Notes under the pieces: generated by a model
What the model was told of the DNA's origin: nothing
The model's input: the letters and a program-made list of their open reading frames with translations, nothing else
Database searches by the model: none
Shown: positions 58,733-64,000 of the stretch, piece after piece
How the letters are laid out: the number at the start of each line of letters is the position of its first letter
How positions within the stretch are numbered: position 1 is the first letter of the stretch
NCBI GenBank assembly: GCA_039630575.1
Contig: JBCNUW010000009.1
Span: 1-64,000, forward strand
Direction: 5' to 3'
Source: Candidatus Hydrothermales bacterium
Lineage (GTDB): Bacteria; Hydrothermota; Hydrothermia; Hydrothermales; JAJRUZ01
DNA: 64,000 nt
Made by a program: the position numbers and the translations under genes

Positions 58733-59647
58733 TTAATGTGCAAGAATAACTTTAATACCTGCAAAAATTGAAAAATTGAGCTTTTGTGATTTTAAATAGG
58801 AAAGTACTCCAGTTTCAAAAATTATGTTATTTTTAAATGTGTATTTATAGTCAAATAAAATTAAGGGCAAATTGTTTGTGAAATCATAAATTATTAAAAT
58901 ATAAGGAACTTCAAAAATTTTTTCAGGAAATTTCATTTCCAAAGAGAAAATGTTTTTTGAAAAAAGGTATGCACCTGGGAAAAGTAAAATTTCACCATCA
59001 TCATTATGATAAAAATTTAAATCAAAAATTAAATTTTTTATCCTTTTTTGAAACAAAACGTTTAATTTAAAATTATCTCTTTCTTTTAAAAAACTCGTCT
59101 TTATAGTATAAGAAGAAAAATACCCTATAAAAAAACCTATACCGTTTTTATCTTTCAAATGTAAATAAAATCCATTTGTAAATTTCCCAAAATTATTTTC
59201 TAATTGAATCATAGAATTTATTTTTTTAAAACTTTTTTCCTCATATAAAAAAATTATTGGTGATAAAAAATGATTGTATCTAAAAAATAACCCGTCATCA
59301 CCTTCATAAATTGTTGAAATTGTCTCAAAATTTAGTCCTTTATAAAAGGGGTTAAAAATTCCTAAAAAACCAGGTATAAATACTATCCTACCTATTTTTG
59401 TTTCAACTCTTTCTCTGTAAAATTTTAAATAAATCTGATAAAGTTTCCAATCTATTTCTTCATATTTTTCACCTTTAAGATAGTAAAAACCTCCATTAAA
59501 GTAAACCCTAAACCAATTTATTTTCTCTGATAAAATAAGATTTGGTTGGAGTAAAGCATTATAATCTTTGTGGTTAAAATCATATATGGAAAAAAAGTCT
59601 AAATTTATTTTTTGTGATAAAGAAAAAAAGATTAAAAAAATTTTCAC
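58733..59647 (-). CDS. Hypothetical outer membrane beta-barrel protein
   Basis: Aromatic-rich beta-strands, KIGR, NPF, G.DG; last gene of the ABC/LolA-like operon. Confidence 0.6.
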   Translation of the reverse strand: MKIFLIFFSLSQKINLDFFSIYDFNHKDYNALLQPNLILSEKINWFRVYFNGGFYYLKGEKYEEIDWKLYQIYLKFYRERVETKIGRIVFIPGFLGIFNPFYKGLNFETISTIYEGDDGLFFRYNHFLSPIIFLYEEKSFKKINSMIQLENNFGKFTNGFYLHLKDKNGIGFFIGYFSSYTIKTSFLKERDNFKLNVLFQKRIKNLIFDLNFYHNDDGEILLFPGAYLFSKNIFSLEMKFPEKIFEVPYILIIYDFTNNLPLILFDYKYTFKNNIIFETGVLSYLKSQKLNFSIFAGIKVILAH

Positions 59648-60342
59648 TTTCTTAAATATTCAAGCTTAAAGATATCATCCTTTACTTTTATACCAATTTC
59701 AATCTCTTTAAAGACTACCTTTGTATAGGAATTTTTAAGTCTTAAATCTCTCATTATATAAATTAATGGATAAAATTTTTCACCAATTTTTTTATAATCA
59801 AGAATTTGAACCTCTTTTATCTTCCTTCTATTTTTTGTAAAAAGTTCCTCCTTTTTTATAAGAATATTTTTTTTATCAATAAACAAATTTATAGAGAAAT
59901 AGGGAGCTTTCTTTGTTGTATCAACAATCTCCATTAAATAAAGAGTATCACTGTTTATGACCGTATCTTTGATATTTAAAGGTTTATAATATCTTAAAGG
60001 GTCTTCTTGCATTAAGTCTTCATAAGATAAGTCTGTTCCCATAAAGGATTGTTTTAACATATCACCAGAAATCCTTACTATATCATCTATATCAGGAATA
60101 TATATAAATAGATCATTTTTTATTTTTAAATATTTCACATCTTTATCTTCAGGATTTTTAAAAACTATATAAAAATCAGAGCCTTTACTGTATCCTTCAA
60201 ATTCTTTGAATAAAGTTCTTTTACCTTTAACTATTTCAATCTTTGCATAAAATCTTGAACTTTCAATTTTTCGATCCTCTCTTAATTTTTTTAAAATTTC
60301 GTCTGCATTTATAGTGAAAATTATTAAAATTAAAGCTTTCAT
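59644..60342 (-). CDS. Outer membrane lipoprotein-sorting (LolA-like) protein
   Basis: F.NP.D....L, YIP....VRIS, SFMGTDLSYED, T, F...L. Confidence 0.85.
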   Translation of the reverse strand: MKALILIIFTINADEILKKLREDRKIESSRFYAKIEIVKGKRTLFKEFEGYSKGSDFYIVFKNPEDKDVKYLKIKNDLFIYIPDIDDIVRISGDMLKQSFMGTDLSYEDLMQEDPLRYYKPLNIKDTVINSDTLYLMEIVDTTKKAPYFSINLFIDKKNILIKKEELFTKNRRKIKEVQILDYKKIGEKFYPLIYIMRDLRLKNSYTKVVFKEIEIGIKVKDDIFKLEYLRK

Positions 60343-60352
60343 TTTTTACTCC

Positions 60353-61570
60353 TTAAATTTCTCTTAAAGTTTCCTGAGGAGTTAAACGCTTTGCGTAAAA
60401 GGCTGGAATCATACTTACAATACTACATATAACTGTTATTAAAAATATCGCAAATATAACAACATAAAAATTAGCAGTTGGTCTTATTACATAAGGGACA
60501 GCAATACTCATTCCCCTTACAGCACTTTCCATATTAATTCCTTTAAAATTTAAAAAAATGTTTACAAACCAGCCAAAGAAAGCACCTATTATACCCCCAA
60601 ATGTTCCAAGAATTGTCCCTTCAATTCCAAAAAGAAGAAAGATCTCTAAATCCCTCATGCCCAATGCCTTTAATGTTCCTATTTCTCTTAATCTTTCAAA
60701 AACAGCAACTGTCATTGTATTTATTACCGTAAAGGTTGCAAGTATAATTATTAAAATATAAATGAAATAGTAAATATTATTAGCCAGTTTAAAATAATAA
60801 GAAAAACTACCAAGTTCCTGAACATAATCTCTTGCAGTTATTCCATTTAATTTAAAATTTTTTTTAAAATCTTTAATTTTATTTTCATCTTTAAGAAAAA
60901 CAAGTATTTCATGAACACCTTCAGGCATTTTAAGAAGTCTTCTCATATTTGAAATCGAAATTATTACAACTTTTTTATCAAATTCAGAGAATCCAACATT
61001 TACTATGCCATTTACTTTCATTTTTATTCCATTTAAACCACCAAGTACTGTTTTTGAAATTATGACCACCGTGTCACCTATATTTAAATCTAGACTTTTT
61101 GACAATTCCTTACCTAACAAAACTCCCTCTTTCAAATCATATGTACCACTAACTATCTTCCTATCAATTTCAAGTATCCTTCTTTCTTTTTCAGAGTCAA
61201 TTCCAAATATCAAAACTGGTTTATTTATATCTTTTTTAAAAATAATTCCCATTGATTTTAACCTTTCTGTATAGAAAGAAACATATTTAAATTCTTTTAG
61301 TTTTTCCTTTATTAAATATGGATTTTCCAAATACTCCTCTTGTGGCACAAAAAATTTTCTTGAAAAATACTCTTCCTTTGCTATAATTATATGTCCACTC
61401 ATCCAGTTTATTATATTCTCCTTCATACCTTTTAAAAAACCAGTAACATATCCATGTAGAACAACAACCACAAACCCTGCAACAAGAAGTGATAGAGAAG
61501 TTAAAAAACTCCTTCTCTTATTTCTGAATAAGTTTCTAAAAGCCATTTTTATTATATCCATCTCAAACAT
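60353..61570 (-). CDS. ABC transporter permease (FtsX/LolE-like)
   Basis: AFRNLFRNKRRS, NTM..AVFERLREIGTLKALG, PA...P.E.LR. Confidence 0.92.
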   Translation of the reverse strand: MFEMDIIKMAFRNLFRNKRRSFLTSLSLLVAGFVVVVLHGYVTGFLKGMKENIINWMSGHIIIAKEEYFSRKFFVPQEEYLENPYLIKEKLKEFKYVSFYTERLKSMGIIFKKDINKPVLIFGIDSEKERRILEIDRKIVSGTYDLKEGVLLGKELSKSLDLNIGDTVVIISKTVLGGLNGIKMKVNGIVNVGFSEFDKKVVIISISNMRRLLKMPEGVHEILVFLKDENKIKDFKKNFKLNGITARDYVQELGSFSYYFKLANNIYYFIYILIIILATFTVINTMTVAVFERLREIGTLKALGMRDLEIFLLFGIEGTILGTFGGIIGAFFGWFVNIFLNFKGINMESAVRGMSIAVPYVIRPTANFYVVIFAIFLITVICSIVSMIPAFYAKRLTPQETLREI

Positions 61571-62748
61571 TCTGCTGGTGTTAATTTACTTGCTCTTTGT
61601 GCAGGAATATAACTTGCTATAAATGTAGAAAAAGGACCTATTATGAAAGAAATCATTATACTTGAGGTATTCCATGCACTCTTTACAACACCACTGACTC
61701 TATAAGCAAGATTTATATCTTTTGGGAGAAGAGGTGTCCAATCTATACCGTATTTAACAAAATAAAAGTTAATTAGAACACCAAAGATAACTCCCAAGAG
61801 AGTCCCCAATAATCCGATCATTACACCTTCTATAACAAGTAATTTTCTAATTTCTGAATCCTTCATGCCAAGAGATTTTAAAGTTCCTATTTCTTTTATT
61901 CTTTCAAAAATAGAAATATTAAGTGTATTTGTTGTTCCGATTATACCGAGTAAAATTATAAAAAGTATAAATATTGCTTGAAATAACTTTTTTGTGTTAC
62001 TTATCTCTAAATAATCTTTTCCTTCCTCCTGCCATGTAGTGATTCTTAAATCTTTAAGATATTCAGAGATTATATTTTTATATTCAAAAGTTTTTTCATA
62101 ATCATCCACAATAATTGAAATTTCGGTTATTTCTCCCTCAAATTCTCCAAGAATATTTAAACTATCAATATCCATTATTACATAAAGGTTGTTCAAAAAG
62201 TAACTAGGAGTTGACAAAATACCTTTTATTTCCACCTCCTTTGAAACAAATGTTCCTTCTTTTGTTCTGAAATTTAAAAATACATAATCACCTTCTTTAA
62301 CTCCGAATTTTTCTGCTATAACTTCTCCTAAAAGGATACCATTCTGAAAATTTAATTTCAAATACTTATTTATTTTATAAACAATAGTATCTTCACTCCA
62401 CTTTACACCTATAATAACAACAGGATAATTATCTATTCCATTATCAAGAAATCCGTAAATTTTTAATCTCTTTGTAAAAGATTTTATAAACATAAAATTC
62501 TTAATTTTTTCAATAATTAAATTTGGATTTTTTATTCTCCCCTCAAATGTTTCTTCATTAAAATTTTTATCTTTTATCTTAATATGAGCTGTTTCAAGTT
62601 CTATAAAATTTTTTGTTGATTCAATTTCAAATCCATCAAGAAGTCCTGAAATAACGATATAATATAAAATTGCCACTGAAAGAATTGAAAAGGTTAAAAA
62701 GGTTCTTCTTTTATGTCTTAAAAGATTCTTAATAGCAAATTTTACCAC
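61552..62748 (-). CDS. ABC transporter permease (FtsX/LolE-like)
   Basis: AIKNLLRHKRRT, SIFERIKEIGTLKSLG, PAQRASKLTP. Confidence 0.92.
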   Translation of the reverse strand: MVKFAIKNLLRHKRRTFLTFSILSVAILYYIVISGLLDGFEIESTKNFIELETAHIKIKDKNFNEETFEGRIKNPNLIIEKIKNFMFIKSFTKRLKIYGFLDNGIDNYPVVIIGVKWSEDTIVYKINKYLKLNFQNGILLGEVIAEKFGVKEGDYVFLNFRTKEGTFVSKEVEIKGILSTPSYFLNNLYVIMDIDSLNILGEFEGEITEISIIVDDYEKTFEYKNIISEYLKDLRITTWQEEGKDYLEISNTKKLFQAIFILFIILLGIIGTTNTLNISIFERIKEIGTLKSLGMKDSEIRKLLVIEGVMIGLLGTLLGVIFGVLINFYFVKYGIDWTPLLPKDINLAYRVSGVVKSAWNTSSIMISFIIGPFSTFIASYIPAQRASKLTPAECLRWI

Positions 62749-62749
62749 T

Positions 62750-63427
62750 TCATTCCTCTATGAGTCCGTCTCTTAGCTTAATTATTCTATCTGCATATTG
62801 CATTATTAGAGGGTCATGAGTTGAAAATATAAAAGTTACATTTTTCTCTTTGTTTAACTTTCTCATAAGTTCAACTATGTTTGAACCTGTTTTTGAATCA
62901 AGGTTTGCAGTTGGTTCGTCAGCAAGAACAAATTCAGGGTCCTTAACAAGTGCTCTTGCAATTGATACTCTTTGTTGTTCACCGCCAGATAGTTCCAAAG
63001 GTTTTAAATCCCTTTTATCTTTCAATCCAACTGCTTCAAGAATTTCCATTATTTTTCTTTCCTTTTCTATTTTTTTAAGACTTTTATATTTAAGATTAAG
63101 TGCAATCTCCACATTCTCATAAACAGTAAAAACAGGTATTAAATTAAATGTTTGGAAAATAAAACCAAAATGATTTCTTCTTAAAAAGGCAAGTTCATCA
63201 GAATTACTACCTGAAAGGGATTTATTTTTAAAAATTATCTCCCCCTTTGTTGGGACATCTATACATCCTATAAGGTTAAGAAGTGTTGTCTTGCCAGAAC
63301 CTGAAGGACCAACAACTGATATAAACTCACCCTCCTCAATCCTTAAATCAATACCTCTTAAAGCCTTTATCCTTTGTTTCCCTGCTACATATTCCTTTTC
63401 AACCTTTTTTAATTCAATAATTTTCAC
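62750..63427 (-). CDS. ABC transporter ATP-binding protein (LolD-like)
   Basis: GPSGSGKT, FQTFNL, LSGGEQQRV, ADEPTANLD, STHD. Confidence 0.95.
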   Translation of the reverse strand: MKIIELKKVEKEYVAGKQRIKALRGIDLRIEEGEFISVVGPSGSGKTTLLNLIGCIDVPTKGEIIFKNKSLSGSNSDELAFLRRNHFGFIFQTFNLIPVFTVYENVEIALNLKYKSLKKIEKERKIMEILEAVGLKDKRDLKPLELSGGEQQRVSIARALVKDPEFVLADEPTANLDSKTGSNIVELMRKLNKEKNVTFIFSTHDPLIMQYADRIIKLRDGLIEE

Positions 63428-63475
63428 GTTCTAAAGATTATATTATAATTGAATTTTGCAATACAAAAAATTATT

Positions 63476-64000
63476 ATGAAAAAATACTATAAATAAATTG
63501 AAAATAAAAATTTTCGTTATTCTAACCTTATCTTTGAAAGCCTTATTAAACTTTCAACATATCAAATCTGAAAGACTCAAAGAGATACTATAATTTTTCA
63601 AGATGGATATGAAGCAGGACAGGATTCTAATGGAAATTTCATAAACTGGGATGGAACGCTAGTCTATGGTGGCTTTAGAACTGCAAGTGCTATTGACTAT
63701 ATCTTAATTCATTTTGAAGGTAATCATAGTGCTCGTTTTTAGCTTACCTATGGGACAACAAGGTGGATGGGCATATACTTCAAAAATAATTCCATGGCCC
63801 TCTAATAAAAAATGATGGTGTAGTTGTTACTTGCGAAACGGTCCAAAAGAGTATTCAAATGTAATTATAGGTGGTCTTTATCTCATGGAAGCATACATTG
63901 TTCATCAGAGTGGATATCGAGAAAGAGCAAACATTGAGACTCATCCCTATCCAGAGCTACCTGATAGTCTATTTATGATAAGAATGGCTTATAGGGGACG
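63476..64000 (+). pseudogene. Decayed secreted-protein gene (runs off the window)
   Basis: Coding-like fragments DGYEAGQDSNGNFINWDG...FEGNHSARF* and GGLYLMEAYIV..., with multiple stops and frameshifts. Confidence 0.5.

Overview
AT-rich chromosomal window from a diderm bacterium (LpxC-FabZ fusion, LpxA, BamD, Omp85, a T9SS-type C-terminal domain). The gene content is consistent with an FCB-related lineage such as WOR-3/Hydrothermae; this is inference only. Most of the window is housekeeping: the 3' part of a PilY1-like adhesin, gap/pgk, bamD-nadD-HDAC-lpxC/fabZ-lpxA-carbamate kinase, rho, alaS, rpmE, trmB, plsY, fur-surE-pcm, tldD, rpmB, an RsmB/F methylase and a Lol-like ABC operon. Four tRNAs are present (Val-CAC, Gly-GCC, Ala-TGC, Phe-GAA), none encoding CCA. 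Several accessory genes are decayed: an LPG-synthase-like flippase, a FadL-like porin, pmbA/tldE, an MntA-HepT toxin-antitoxin pair and other remnants. Two signals stand out. (1) A tRNA T-loop-identical motif, AAAGGTTC(A/T)AATCC, occurs five times, always in the sense orientation, 18-25 nt upstream of start codons that lack a Shine-Dalgarno sequence (gap, rho, rpmE and two others). It is a candidate undescribed 5'UTR/translation-initiation element. (2) Two adjacent, translationally coupled class III cyclase genes have reciprocally complementary catalytic residues, like mammalian C1/C2, and one is fused to a STAND ATPase-TPR. This suggests an obligate heterodimeric, sensor-gated adenylate cyclase. 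No CRISPR array, rRNA or intact transposase was seen.
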